64,000 nt of DNA from Eledone cirrhosa. Its lineage: Eukaryota. The notes under the pieces were generated by a model. It did not search any database. It saw only the letters and a program-made list of their open reading frames with translations, and was not told where the DNA came from. Location of the stretch: NCBI GenBank assembly GCA_964016885.1, contig OZ024763.1, positions 12,090,001-12,154,000 on the forward strand, given 5' to 3'. This document shows, one piece after another, positions 13,139 to 26,139 of the stretch. Both the position numbers and the translations under genes were made by a program. The first letter of the stretch is position 1. Every line of letters starts with the position of its first letter.

Positions 13139-13358
13139 TTAACCTTTTAGCATTTACATTACTCTATATATACTATTGTATTTTCACAGTAAAGGCTTTA
13201 CCTCCCTCACATAATATTGAATCTGTGAGATTTTGGTGATATTTATTTTGAGAACAATACCTTAACACCAGTATGAGTGGCCAGTTATGGCTGGTTTGAA
13301 CAGAAAGAGGTGAGAGAATTCTGGCCAGATATGGTTGGTTTAAATGCTAAAGGGTTAA
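13139..13358. mobile_element. piggyBac-like TTAA MITE
   Basis: TTAA-CCTTTTAGCATTTA ... TAAATGCTAAAGGG-TTAA; related copy at 21423-21569. Confidence 0.8.
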
Positions 13359-13899
13359 TCTGGCTCTAGTCCTTGATAAAATAAGTAACAGAATTGAGAA
13401 AATAGGTACTGGGTTGACATGATCAACTAAAGCCCTTGCCTTTCCTCCAAGGTGGGGCCCTTGCATGACCACTAATACTCCACCTATAATTAACTCCAAC
13501 AGACCCTTGTTAGTTTTATTTCCTTTTCTCACAAAGTATTCTACAACAGGTGAAATATAAGCTGTTTCTTAAATCACTTCACACACCCACATAACAACAA
13601 CACTGGGTATACATTCCACACAACAACAACAACAGCAACAGCAACAATTTCTGACATATTTTGGCAAGATAAAGAGACCAGGGTTTAGTTTTCAAAAATA
13701 AAATACTTGTCAGGTCAAAGGTGACACGAAAAGACAGCCTAGAGGTCAGCCTCTTCTCTACTTCATGATTAAGTATGGGTAATGATGGGGGCTGAGGGTG
13801 GTGGTGGTTGAAATCATACTTCCCACTGCTATAATACAGAAGTTAAGGTTTGTCAATTTATGTATGTGTGTGTGTGCATATCATGACACCAACTGTACA

Positions 13900-14585
13900 C
13901 CTCAACCACAGCACCATCACATTCCACCCCACCACCACCATCACATTCCACCCCACCAACAACATACCACCCTTACAGCCCATACCACCACCACTATCAG
14001 CCCACCCTACCACTACCACCCTCACAGTCCAGCCCTCCACTACCACCACCATACCACTCACAGCCCATACCACCCTCATCTCATCTCACCACCACCATAC
14101 CACTCACAGCCCATACCACCCTCATCTCACCACTACCACCACCATACCACCCTCATCTCACCACCACCACTACCACCACCATACCACTCACAGCCCATAC
14201 CACCCTCATCTCACCACTACCACCGCCATACCACCCTCATCTCATCTCACCACCACTACCACTACCATACCACTCACAGCCCATACCACCCTCATCTCAC
14301 CACTACCACCACCATACCACCCTCATCTCACCACTACCACCACCATACCACCCTCATCTCACCACCACCATACCACTCACAGCCCATACCACCCTCATCT
14401 CATCTCACCACCACCACTACCACCACCATACCACTCACAGCCCATACCACCCTCATCTCACCATCACCACCACTACCACCCTCATCTCACCACCACCGTC
14501 ACCACTACTATCACCATACCACCCTCACAGCACACCTCACCACCACCACCACATCACACTACCACCACTCCACTCCACCCCACTA
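13900..14585. repeat. CAC-rich minisatellite
   Basis: Repeating CCATACCACCCTCATCTCACCAC / CACTCACAGC units. Confidence 0.9.
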
Positions 14586-14715
14586 CAATATGTTAAACAA
14601 TCTCCTCAATCATAGCAACTGAATGTCTTTCAGTTTTATAATTAAATTGATTTACTAATTAATTATTAATTAATGCAAATTTGAACACATCTGTAGTCAG
14701 TGTGAGCGAGTGTAC

Positions 14716-14867
<152 letters not shown>

Positions 14868-14894
14868 GTATGTATATATATATATATATATATG

Positions 14895-14980
<86 letters not shown>

Positions 14981-14990
14981 TACATACATA

Positions 14991-15074
<84 letters not shown>

Positions 15075-15075
15075 C

Positions 15076-15186
<111 letters not shown>

Positions 15187-15344
15187 CATACATATATATA
15201 TATATATATATACATACATATATATATATATATATATAAACATAACAACTCATAATATTATAATTTATAAAATTAAATCAAATTATTTAACACTACAAGT
15301 GAAGCCATTCTTTTCCTTTATATATATATATATATATGCACGCT

Positions 15345-15575
15345 TAAATTTGTTGGTTCACTTTGATGTAATGTTATGAAAGCACTCAACGTTATGCATC
15401 TCATTCATCTTTGATGTTGAATCTTGTTGGTGTGGGAACAGAGTTAAATATTATGTTATAGAGTCAAATTACAGGAAGTTAGATAGGTTGAATTCCTTCA
15501 AATTTTTTGTTACTGCAAACATTTCAGTGGCCAGGTTATGTGGGATCCTGGCGACATCATCAGGTGTATATTGCA
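15345..15575 (-). mobile_element. Decayed Penelope-like pLTR, family P5
   Basis: Reverse complement CTGATGA-stem(GCCAGG/CCTGGC)-GAAA with mutated cleavage site; homologous to 28255-28490 and 43900-44095. Confidence 0.55.
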
Positions 15576-15617
15576 TAATAGTTATATAAGCGGTTTTAAG
15601 GAGGAAAGAAAACAGAA

Positions 15618-16275
15618 TGAGGTAAAGAGCCCCTACGGTCACTAATGACGATGGGATTTACGCCTAGAAGGTTCCCCTCCACAACCCTGGGCAAGGTTGA
15701 TTGTTAGAAGACCACCAGTCACCCATGTAGACCAGTCTCAAGGGAAAGGCAATGATCGCTACAGCTTGGCACCAGTGACGTGACAACATATATTTACACT
15801 ATACAATTGTTGCTACTTCTGGCACAAGGCCATCAAGTACCCAGTATATTACTGGTACTTTATTTTATCAACCCTGTAAGGATGAAAGGCAAAGTTAACC
15901 TCGGCGGGATTTGAACTCAGTCCGTAAAGGGATGTAACTCTATGCTGGAAAGCATGGCATCCGACTCTCTACCGATACTGCCAATCCATCGCTCTCACTA
16001 TATAATATATACACATTATATAGACATTATATATACACTATATATGATGTCGAAGAAAAAGGAAAAACCAATATCGCTTGGCACCAGTGACGTGACAACA
16101 TACATATACATCATATATATATTATATATACACTATATATATTGTTCAAGAGAAAGGCCAAGGCTGATACAGCTTGGCACCTGTGACATTGCAACTTATT
16201 TCTAAAGCTGAGTGTACTGGAGCAGCATGAAATAAAGTGTCTTGCTCAAGGACACAACACATTGCCCCGCCTGGA
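15618..16275 (-). mobile_element. CORE-type SINE interrupted by a family-B SINE (15806-15990) and local duplications
   Basis: GTGTCTTGCTCAAGGACACAAC at about 16240; GCTTGGCACCAGTGAC block appears three times; tail related to 58160-58245. Confidence 0.65.
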
Positions 16276-16309
16276 AAGTCCCACTACTTTTGGCACAAGG
16301 CCAGCAATT

Positions 16310-17063
16310 ATATAGTCAACAGTTCGGAAATCACATGCATCACTGACGAGTTTACTCCTTACTCTACCAGTTAGTCTTAGTGTACTTCGACCTGCTTTTT
16401 GGTCATGCCTCGAAAGAAGAGATACTCCATTGGCCGAAATACTGCGAAAGCGGCAAGAAAAAGAACAAGGCGGGCAAACGAATCGTCAGTGGAATCTGCT
16501 ATTCGACGGTCGCAAGATGCTGAACGTACTGCCACCAGAAGAGCACTTGAAACAGACAACCAACAAACCATTTGCCGAACCGTGTCAGCTTTGCAATGTC
16601 TATCAACAAATCCCAGGGTCAGACCCTAGCTGTTGCTGGTCTTCTTTTGGAAGTGTCATGTTTTTCACACGGGCAACTATACGTTGGCTGCTCAAGGGTG
16701 GGAAGCAAGACAAATCTCTTTGCATATGCCCGACACGGAAGAACAAGGAACATTGTGTACAAGGAGGTGATACAATCATTGTTTAGGTAGATGAGGCAGA
16801 AGGGGATATACATGATTGGCTGAAGAAGGACAAGACTGTGTTAGTAGTACGACCAACAGCAGCAAAAACAACAACAAAAAAGAGAGGGAACGCAATTACA
16901 TGCTTTTGAAAAATCTTAATGGAAAATTATTTGCTAAAGCACAAAATGTAGACACCATCCCCAGGCCGAGGTATTCCGTACTTCTCTGTACTGTTTCAGA
17001 AAGGAGGGATAAACATGCCAATCTATGTTTAGAAGCCCGAGCAACGCCGGGCCAGTCTGCTAG
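16310..17063 (+). mobile_element. Internally deleted Helitron (RepHel N-terminus joined to PIF1 helicase C-terminus)
   Basis: MPRKKRYSIGRNT... from ATG 16405; in another frame FAMSINKSQGQTL..FSHGQLYVGCSRV..TRNIVYKEV to stop 16790 (PIF1-family motifs V-VI); hairpin GCCCGAGCAACGCCGGGC 17035-17052 then CTAG|T 17060-17063; 5' end approximate. Confidence 0.9.
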
Positions 17064-17164
17064 TATATATAATATATATAATATACATATGTCACTATAT
17101 TTGTGGGTATACTCGAGTTAATTTGGTAGTTGGATATAAAATAATTGTGATATGAAGCTTTTGG

Positions 17165-17575
17165 TAGTATGGTGGTGATGACAATAGTGGTATGATGGTT
17201 GTAGTGGTATGAGAGTAGTGGTGGTAGTGGTATGATGGTGGTGGTGGTGGTATGATGGTGGTGGTAGTAGTGGTATGATGTTGGTGTTAGTGGTACGGTG
17301 GTGGTGTTAGTGGTATGGTTGTGATGACAATAGTAGTATGGTGGTGGTGGTGGTGGTATGATGGTGGTGGTGTTAGTGGTATGGTGGTGATGACAATAGT
17401 AGTATGGTGGTGGTGGTGGTAGTAGTGGTATGATGGTGGTGGTAGTAGTGGTATGGTGGTGGTGGTAGTAGTGGTATGGTGGTGGTGTTAGCGGTATGGT
17501 GGTGATGACAATAGTAGTATGGTGGTGGTGGTGGTAGTAGTGGTATGGTGGTGGTAGTAGTGGTTTGGTGGTGGT
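17165..17575. repeat. (GGT/AGT)n low-complexity tract
   Basis: Direct inspection. Confidence 0.9.
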
Positions 17576-17720
17576 GACTACAGCCGCATTGTTTTGGGGG
17601 GGTGGGGAGGGATCCTATTTTCATCCTTCTCTAATTATTCCATAAACCAATCTATTTAACTTTGATGACGTAATTAGACATTTAATTAAAATATCTACTA
17701 ATGAATTTCTCTACTATATA

Positions 17721-20700
17721 GTTGGTGTGTGTGTGGTTGTGTTGGTGTGTGTGTGGTTGTGTTGGTGTGTGTGGTTGTGTTGGTGTGTGTGTGTGGTTGT
17801 GTTGGTGTGTGTGTGGTTGTGTTGGTGTGTGTGTGGTTGTGTTGGTGTGTGTGTGGTTGTGTTGGTGTGTGTGGTTGTGTTGGTGTGTGTGTGTGGTTGT
17901 GTTGGTGTGTGTGTGGTTGTGTTGGTGTGTGTGTGGTTGTGTTGGTGTGTGTGTGGTTGTGTTGGTGTGTGTGTGGTTGTGTTGGTGTGTGTGTGGTTGT
18001 GTTGGTGTGTGTGTGGTTGTGTTGGTGTGTGTGTGGTTGTGTTGGTGTGTGTGTGGTTGTGTTGGTGTGTGTGTGGTTGTGTTGGTGTGTGTGGTTGTGT
18101 TGGTGTGTGTGTGTGGTTGTGTTGGTGTGTGTGTGGTTGTGTTGGTGTGTGTGTGGTTGTGTTGGTGTGTGTGTGGTTGTGTTGGTGTGTGTGTGGTTGT
18201 GTTGGTGTGTGTGTGGTTGTGTTGGTGTGTGTGTGGTTGTGTTGGTGTGTGTGTGGTTGTGTTGGTGTGTGTGTGGTTGTGTTGGTGTGTGTGTGGTTGT
18301 GTTGGTGTGTGTGTGGTTGTGTTGGTGTGTGTGTGGTTGTGTTGGTGTGTGTGTGTGGTTGTGTTGGTGTGTGTGTGGTTGTGTTGGTGTGTGTGTGGTT
18401 GTGTTGGTGTGTGTGTGGTTGTGTTGGTGTGTGTGTGGTTGTGTTGGTGTGTGTGTGGTTGTGTTGGTGTGTGTGTGGTTGTGTTGGTGTGTGTGTGGTT
18501 GTGTTGGTGTGTGTGGTTGTGTTGGTGTGTGTGTGTGGTTGTGTTGGTGTGTGTGTGGTTGTGTTGGTGTGTGTGTGGTTGTGTTGGTGTGTGTGTGGTT
18601 GTGTTGGTGTGTGTGTGTGGTTGTGTTGGTGTGTGTGTGGTTGTGTTGGTGTGTGTGTGGTTGTGTTGGTGTGTGTGTGGTTGTGTTGGTGTGTGTGTGG
18701 TTGTGTTGGTGTGTGTGTGGTTGTGTTGGTGTGTGTGTGGTTGTGTTGGTGTGTGTGTGGTTGTGTTGGTGTGTGTGGTGTGTGTGTGTGGTTGTGTTGG
18801 TGTGTGTGTGGTTGTGTTGGTGTGTGTGTGGTTGTGTTGGTGTGTGTGTGGTTGTGTTGGTGTGTGTGTGGTTGTGTTGGTGTGTGTGTGGTTGTGTTGG
18901 TGTGTGTGTGGTTGTGTTGGTGTGTGTGTGGTTGTGTTGGTGTGTGTGTGGTTGTGTTGGTGTGTGTGTGGTTGTGTTGGTGTGTGTGTGGTTGTGTTGG
19001 TGTGTGTGTGGTTGTGTTGGTGTGTGTGGTTGTGTTGGTGTGTGTGTGTGGTTGTGTTGGTGTGTGTGTGGTTGTGTTGGTGTGTGTGTGGTTGTGTTGG
19101 TGTGTGTGTGGTTGTGTTGGTGTGTGTGTGGTTGTGTTGGTGTGTGTGTGGTTGTGTTGGTGTGTGTGGTTGTGTTGGTGTGTGTGTGTGGTTGTGTTGG
19201 TGTGTGTGTGGTTGTGTTGGTGTGTGTGTGGTTGTGTTGGTGTGTGTGTGGTTGTGTTGGTGTGTGTGTGGTTGTGTTGGTGTGTGTGTGGTTGTGTTGG
19301 TGTGTGTGTGGTTGTGTTGGTGTGTGTGTGGTTGTGTTGGTGTGTGTGGTTGTGTTGGTGTGTGTGTGTGGTTGTGTTGGTGTGTGTGTGGTTGTGTTGG
19401 TGTGTGTGTGGTTGTGTTGGTGTGTGTGTGGTTGTGTTGGTGTGTGTGTGGTTGTGTTGGTGTGTGTGTGGTTGTGTTGGTGTGTGTGTGGTTGTGTTGG
19501 TGTGTGTGGTTGTGTTGGTGTGTGTGTGTGGTTGTGTTGGTGTGTGTGTGGTTGTGTTGGTGTGTGTGTGGTTGTGTTGGTGTGTGTGTGGTTGTGTTGG
19601 TGTGTGTGTGGTTGTGTTGGTGTGTGTGTGGTTGTGTTGGTGTGTGTGTGGTTGTGTTGGTGTGTGTGTGGTTGTGTTGGTGTGTGTGGTTGTGTTGGTG
19701 TGTGTGTGTGGTTGTGTTGGTGTGTGTGTGGTTGTGTTGGTGTGTGTGTGGTTGTGTTGGTGTGTGTGTGGTTGTGTTGGTGTGTGTGTGGTTGTGTTGG
19801 TGTGTGTGTGGTTGTGTTGGTGTGTGTGTGGTTGTGTTGGTGTGTGTGGTTGTGTTGGTGTGTGTGTGTGGTTGTGTTGGTGTGTGTGTGGTTGTGTTGG
19901 TGTGTGTGGTTGTGTTGGTGTGTGTGTGGTTGTGTTGGTGTGTGTGTGGTTGTGTTGGTGTGTGTGTGGTTGTGTTGGTGTGTGTGGTTGTGTTGGTGTG
20001 TGTGTGGTTGTGTTGGTGTGTGTGTGGTTGTGTTGGTGTGTGTGTGGTTGTGTTGGTGTGTGTGTGGTTGTGTTGGTGTGTGTGTGGTTGTGTTGGTGTG
20101 TGTGTGGTTGTGTTGGTGTGTGTGTGGTTGTGTTGGTGTGTGTGTGGTTGTGTTGGTGTGTGTGTGTGGTTGTGTTGGTGTGTGTGTGGTTGTGTTGGTG
20201 TGTGTGGTTGTGTGTGTGGTTGTGTTGGTGTGTGTGTGGTTGTGTTGGTGTGTGTGTGTGGTTGTGTTGGTGTGTGTGTGGTTGTGTTGGTGTGTGTGGT
20301 TGTGTGTGTGGTTGTGTTGGTGTGTGTGTGGTTGTGTTGGTGTGTGTGGTTGTGTTGGTGTGTGTGTGGTTGTGTTGGTGTGTGTGTGGTTGTGTTGGTG
20401 TGTGTGGTTGTGTTGGTGTGTGTGTGTGGTTGTGTTGGTGTGTGTGTGTGGTTGTGTTGGTGTGTGTGTGGTTGTGTTGGTGTGTGTGTGGTTGTGTTGG
20501 TGTGTGTGTGGTTGTGTTGGTGTGTGTGGTTGTGTTGGTGTGTGTGGTTGTGTTGGTGTGTGTGTGTGGTTGTGTTGGTGTGTGTGTGGTTGTGTTGGTG
20601 TGTGTGTGTGGTTGTGTTGGTGTGTGTGTGGTTGTGTTGGTGTGTGTGTGGTTGTGTTGGTGTGTGTGTGGTTGTGTTGGTGTGTGTGGTTGTGTTGGTG

Positions 20701-21200
20701 TGTGTGGTTGTGTTGGTGTGTGTGTGTGGTTGTGTTGGTGTGTGTGTGGTTGTGTTGGTGTGTGTGTGGTTGTGTTGGTGTGTGTGTGGTTGTGTTGGTG
20801 TGTGTGTGGTTGTGTTGGTGTGTGTGGTTGTGTTGGTGTGTGTGTGTGGTTGTGTTAGTGTGTGTGTGGTTGTGTTGGTGTGTGTGTGGTTGTGTTGGTG
20901 TGTGTGGTTGTGTGTGTGGTTGTGTTGGTGTGCGTGTGGTTGTGTTGGTGTGTGTGGTTGTGTTGGTGTGTGTGTGTGTGGTTGTGTTGGTGTGTGTGTG
21001 TGTGTGGTTGTGTTGTGTTGGTGTGTGTGTGGTTGTCTTTCTGTGTGTGTGTGTGTGGTTGTGTTGCGTTGGTGTGTGTGTGGTTGTCTTTCTGTGTGTG
21101 TGTGTGTGGTTGTGTTGCGTTGGTGTGTGTGTGTGGTTTGTGTTGGTGTGTGTGGTTGTGTTGGTCTGTGTGTGTGGTTGGTGTGTGTGTATGTGTGCAT
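17721..21200. repeat. 3.5-kb G/T-only minisatellite, unit GTTGGTGTGTGTGTGGTTGT (20 +/- 2 bp)
   Basis: Homogeneous array; explains all 1000-aa ORFs in the track. Confidence 0.97.
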
Positions 21201-21214
21201 GTATGTATGTGTCT

Positions 21215-21376
21215 GCCATATGCCTCAGTAGTTAAGAAGTCCACTTCCCACCCACGAGGTCCCAGGTTCAATCCCACAGTGTGATATCTGAGACAAGTGT
21301 TATTTACTATAACTTCAGGTCAACCTATGTCTTGTGGGTGGAATTGGGTAGACAGTGACTGTTTGGAAGCCCAACA
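21215..21376 (+). mobile_element. Diverged tRNA-derived SINE (third family)
   Basis: A-box-like CTCAGTAGTTAAG, B-box GGTTCAATCCC, CORE-like GACAAGTGT. Confidence 0.6.
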
Positions 21377-21422
21377 AGTAGACTGTACCTGTAAGTTCTA
21401 ATTTTGGCAGAAGGTCACCAAT

Positions 21423-21569
21423 TTAACCCTTTAGCATTTAAACCAGCCATAACCGGCTGCTCATACTGACGTTAAGGTATTGTTCTCAAAATCTCGTAGA
21501 TTCAATATGTGAGATAAAGCATTTACTGCGACATTACAATAGTAAATATAGAGGAATATAAAGGGTTAA
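21423..21569. mobile_element. piggyBac-like TTAA MITE
   Basis: TTAACCCTTTAGCATTTA ... TAAAGGGTTAA; reverse of the 13139 family. Confidence 0.75.
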
Positions 21570-22417
21570 GGGATGGAATAAATGAATTAAATTAACCCCA
21601 GTATTTGACAGTTACTTTACTTTATGAACCTTAAAAGGAGGTAAAGTGAAATTGATGTGTGTAGGATTTGAACTCATAAGAAAGGGAGATGGAGTTCCTA
21701 CATGACTGTTAATCCTCCAACCTTCACAGTTCTCTAGTAATTATAGTAACCCCTCTTCTGACATAGCACTTGAAATGTTAACATTAATGTCTGCCTAGAT
21801 TAGGGGCCGCTTATATTAGTGGCTACTTATAGTGTTGGCTCCCTATATTAGGAGCTCTATATATATTAGTGGCTTCCAAAATAATTGGCTGCCTATATTA
21901 GGGGCTGACTAACCTAGGGTCTGCCTATATCAATGGAGACTGTTATTGGCTCCTTATATTAGGGACTCCATATATTAGGGTCGCTCTGTATTAATAGTTA
22001 CCTACATTACCAGCTGCTTTTGTTAAAGTGCTCTATATTATGGGGCTGACTAACCTAGTGTCTATATTAGTGACTCCCTATATTAGGGGCTGTCTATATA
22101 GTGGGCTGACTAACCTAGGGTCTTCCTATTTTAGTGACAGCTCCGAATATAGTGATATTCGGGGCTGACTAATACAGAACTGCCTATGAGATTCCCTAAC
22201 TGGGATTAAATTTACCTTTTTGGGAATATATATATATGCAGAAGTTATATTTACTTTGTTGGGAGTCCAACAAATTAAAAAGTTTATAACTGATATAAAG
22301 CACTCACATTTTATCTGATGAAAGCACACCAAGACTGCCTTGGTTGCCTTTGAAATATATATAATAAAATAATTATGGTTTTATAAATATAGTTTCCATT
22401 TATTAATATATTGTATA

Positions 22418-22456
<39 letters not shown>

Positions 22457-22457
<1 letters not shown>

Positions 22458-22840
22458 GAAATGAGGCAAGCATGCTCCGTTGGATGTGCAGTGTAAATGT
22501 GCGTCAACGACCCAGCATAAATGTGTTGAGAGAGAAACTGTGTCTGAGAGGGATAGAATGTAGTGTACGGGAGAGGAGACTGAGGTGGTATGGACATGTG
22601 ATGCGCATGGAGGATAACCGATGGGTGAAGAAGTGCCAGGAAATGCCAGTTGAAGGAAGACGTGGTAGAGGTAGACCACGAAAAACATTGGCGGAGGTGG
22701 TGAGAACAGACCTCAGATCGCTGAAACTCACGGTGGAGATGACGAAGGACCGTGTCAAGTGGAGAGATGCTGTGCTGAATAGGACCTGTCCCACCCTTGC
22801 AAGCAGGGAAAAGCGGACGTAAAATGATGATGAAGATGAT
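22457..22840 (+). mobile_element. 5'-truncated RTE-clade LINE (RT C-terminal region plus (GAT)n tail)
   Basis: Open frame MLRWMCSV..RRLRWYGHVMRM..GRRGRGRPRKT..DRVKWR typical of the RTE ORF end; flanked by (TA)n. Confidence 0.92.
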
Positions 22841-23005
22841 ATATATATATATCCAGGGAGTGTAACTTGGAGTTACTGTAAGGTCACCCGGGTGAGCACT
22901 CGATGTTTAGGTTCACTTCAGTGTCGAGGTGTAGAGCTAGACAGGGTGTAATATAGTGAAAAGATAACAAGGACAATTGGTTACTCCTTCATTACATTTA
23001 TCGGT

Positions 23006-23092
23006 AGGTGACGCGCGTTTCGCCACTGATCAGCTCAAGGTTTGATCTGTATCGATCTGACCTGACTCTGTAACCCGCGGCTCGTCAGACCC
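23006..23092 (-). ncRNA. Type I minimal hammerhead ribozyme with long stem II insert (in a PLE-like fragment 22853-23100)
   Basis: Reverse complement GGGT-CTGACGA-GCCGC..50 nt..GTGGC-GAAA-C-GCGC-G-TC-ACCT; GUC triplet, palindromic ACGCGCGT stem III. Confidence 0.8.
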
Positions 23093-24742
23093 TTTGTAAC
23101 ATGTGTGTGTATGTCTGAGTCTCTCTGTGTATGTCTCTATGTGTCTGTCAGTGTGTGTGGCTGTGTCTGTGTCTCTCTGTATATGTCTGTCAGTGTGTGT
23201 GTGTCTGTATTTGTGTATGTGTATATGTCTGTGTCTCTCTGTATATGTGTATGTCTGTCAGTGTGTGTATTTGTGTCTCTCTCTGTATGTCTATGTGTCT
23301 GTAAGTGTGTGTGTATTTGTGTATGTGTATATGTCTGTCTCTCTGTATATGTGTATGTCTGTGTATGTATGTCAGTGTGTGTGTCTGTGTCTCTCTGTAT
23401 ATGTGTATGTATGTCAGTGTCTGTGTATGTGTATATGTCTGTCAGTGTGTATGTCTGTGTCTCTGTGTGTATGTGTCTATATGTGTATGTGTCTGTGTCT
23501 CTCTATATGTGTATGTCTGTATGTGTCTCTCAGTGTGTGTCTCTATGTGTATATGTATGTCTCTCTGTATATGTGTATGTCAGTGTGTATCTGTCTGTAT
23601 GTGTGTCAGTGTGTGTCTGTCTGTATGTCAGTGTGTGTGTGTGTGTATGTATGTGTGTGTGTGTCAGTGTGTGTGTGTATGTATGTGTGTGTCTGTATGT
23701 CAGTGTGTGTATGTCAGTGTGTGTGTGTGTATGTATGTATGTGTCAGTGTGTGTGTGTCTGTGTGTCAGTGTGTGTATGTCTGTATGTCAGTGTGTGTGT
23801 GTCAGTGTATGTATGTATGTGTATGTGTGTGTCAGTGTGTGTATGTCTGTGTGTCAGTGTGTGTGTGTATGTGTATGTCAGTGTGTGTGTCAGTGTATGT
23901 ATGTGTATGTCTGTATGTCAGTGTGTGTATGTATGTGTATGTCAGTGTGTGTGTGTGTATGTCTGTATGTCAGTGTGTGTATGTATGTGTATGTCAGTGT
24001 CAGTGTGTGTGTGTGTATTCCATTTATCTCCTGTGTGAGCCCCCCCCCCCTCCTCCCACGCAGTCTATAGTAACTAATTTCTTTTGTTTTCAGATGACAT
24101 ACAAACATATTTCACACTGTACCACCATCACTACCACCACCACCATCACTACTACTACCACTACTATCACTACTACTATCACCACCACCATCACCACCAC
24201 CACCATCACCACCACCACCACTACCACCACCACTACCACTATCACCACCACTACCACCACCCCTACCACTACCACTATCACCACCACCACCACTACCACC
24301 ATCACTATCACCGCCACCACCACTATCACCACCACCACCATCACCACCACCACCACCACTACCACCAACACTACCACTATCACCACCACCATCACCATAC
24401 CATGTGTGATGGGGGTAGGTTTTGTGTTTATGTTACTAACCACATCATCATCATCAGTAGGGGGGGGGGGAAGAGACATTAAATGATGATGTAGACATAT
24501 TTTCTCTATATTTATTTTCCAAGGGGAACTTTTAAAAATAAACCAGGCTTACCTCCCCTTTATCACTTCTCTTCTTTCACCCTCCCCCCTCCTTTCCAAT
24601 GAGGCTATTAGCAATATCCTGCTCCACTGTTTATAGCTCTAGTTCATTAGCTTCTATGGAGTGCTTGCCACACATCTCAGAAGTAAGTTGTTTTTCGCTA
24701 ATTTCCAATAGCCGAAATACGATTCTCGCTAATTTATATTTG

Positions 24743-24775
<33 letters not shown>

Positions 24776-24779
24776 AAGT

Positions 24780-25447
24780 TAAATAAAAGTCAAATGATTA
24801 AAATTTAGCTTCGTTTATTACTGCTATATATATTTCAGTGACAGCCATCTTTGGCTGTGACCTCTTCAGGCAGTTTGAATTAGTATGGTATAGACAAGTA
24901 CATATGTTGTTTAGGTGTATAATATTGTCAATACTCTGATATGCCCAGTTCCTTGTTGGGTTGTTAATTCACTGAGGAACTGGAGTCATATGACTCCAGT
25001 TCCTGAAGTTATCTGAAGATAAATATCAAACTATCATAGTTGCAGTTCTACAGGCTGTGTTAGCTCACGAAACCATTGGTTGCACATGTAATAATCATAT
25101 ATATGAATTATGGTAGATAAATATATGTGTAAAGTGGTCATTTTGGAAGCGTTTACATTGCAGATGAGTAAATCTCTGGGTAAACTGGTCGATCGCTTTC
25201 GTCATTTTAAAGAGCAGATCATCCGGTATTAGTGTTAAGTGTTGCTTCTGCTCGGAGAGTGTCTGTATGTGAAGGTGTCGCACAATCTTCTTCATACGAG
25301 AGCGATATATGCTCTTGGCGGTGTTTTCCAAGCTTGCTGAACGCAGGCATCCTGGTAGACGGGTTTTTCTTATGGTATTGTTCTTTAGGCAATGTTTTAG
25401 GAGATCAATTTAACAGCCAGCTTTGGCCCGTTTCTCTGACAATCTGA
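24780..25447 (-). mobile_element. Deleted Penelope-like element: decayed N-terminal ORF plus 3' pLTR with hammerhead
   Basis: Translation LSEKRAKAGC*IDLLKHCLKNNTIRK.. resembles the L..CL....IPK N-terminal motif of PLE ORFs; 24875-24985 homologous to 60515-60640. Confidence 0.55.
24820..24874 (-). ncRNA. Type I minimal hammerhead ribozyme, family P3
   Basis: Reverse complement ACTGC-CTGAAGA-GGTCACAGCCA AAGA TGGCTGTCACT-GAAA-T ATAT A-TA-GCAGT followed by AATAAA. Confidence 0.82.
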
Positions 25448-26139
25448 AACATACATATGTGTATGATGTATAGATGTGTATGATGTATAGATGTGTATGA
25501 TGTATAGATGTGTATGATGTATAGATGTGTATATGTGTCCAAATCATTTCAACCTTTCAACTACTTGCCCAGAACTGCAGTCAATTCTTCCTCTATATCT
25601 CTTTTTCACTTCCTCTCTCTCACTTTCTATCCTTTTCTGGAAGAAATCTCCTGTGTTCAGACCTGGCGAGGGATGGGGCTCTGTCAGGTTTAAAATGCAC
25701 ACTCCTGTGGCCCTGTGACCCCCATCAGGAGTTATGGGACTTTTAAAAAAGCTGTTCAACAAGGTTCAATTCACTGAATCATAACATTTTTAAAAAATGA
25801 GATACAAATCCACCCTTTTGTGTGTGTGTGAGTGAGTGTGTATTTGTCATGTGTCATTAGGGTGGGTGCATGTGTGTGTATGTCTGTCTGTGTGTGCCCC
25901 TCCTAGAATATACTATGGTGTTCCTAACATATGTATGTATATGTTTCTATGCACTCACACGTGTACTTCTCTCTGAAATCTTGGTAAAACAATGGAATAA
26001 TCAACTAATTCACCAGACTTTTTCTTAATCTTTTTCTTTCATTGTTTAACATTGCACTCACATCTACATATATACGTGTGTGTGTGTGAATATATGTATA
26101 TTGTATGCGTGTGCGTGTGTGTATGTATTTATATGTGTG

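Noticed and set aside
16572-16790. Host PIF1 helicase exon
   Set aside because: Sits between a Helitron-type N-terminus and a hairpin-CTAG end; no splice sites
17682-21235. Five ORFs of more than 1000 aa
   Set aside because: Pure translation of a G/T minisatellite lacking stop codons in all frames
24074-24420. Plus-strand exon after strong acceptor TTTCTTTTGTTTTCAG
   Set aside because: Runs straight into a (CAC)n tract; no partner exon or homology
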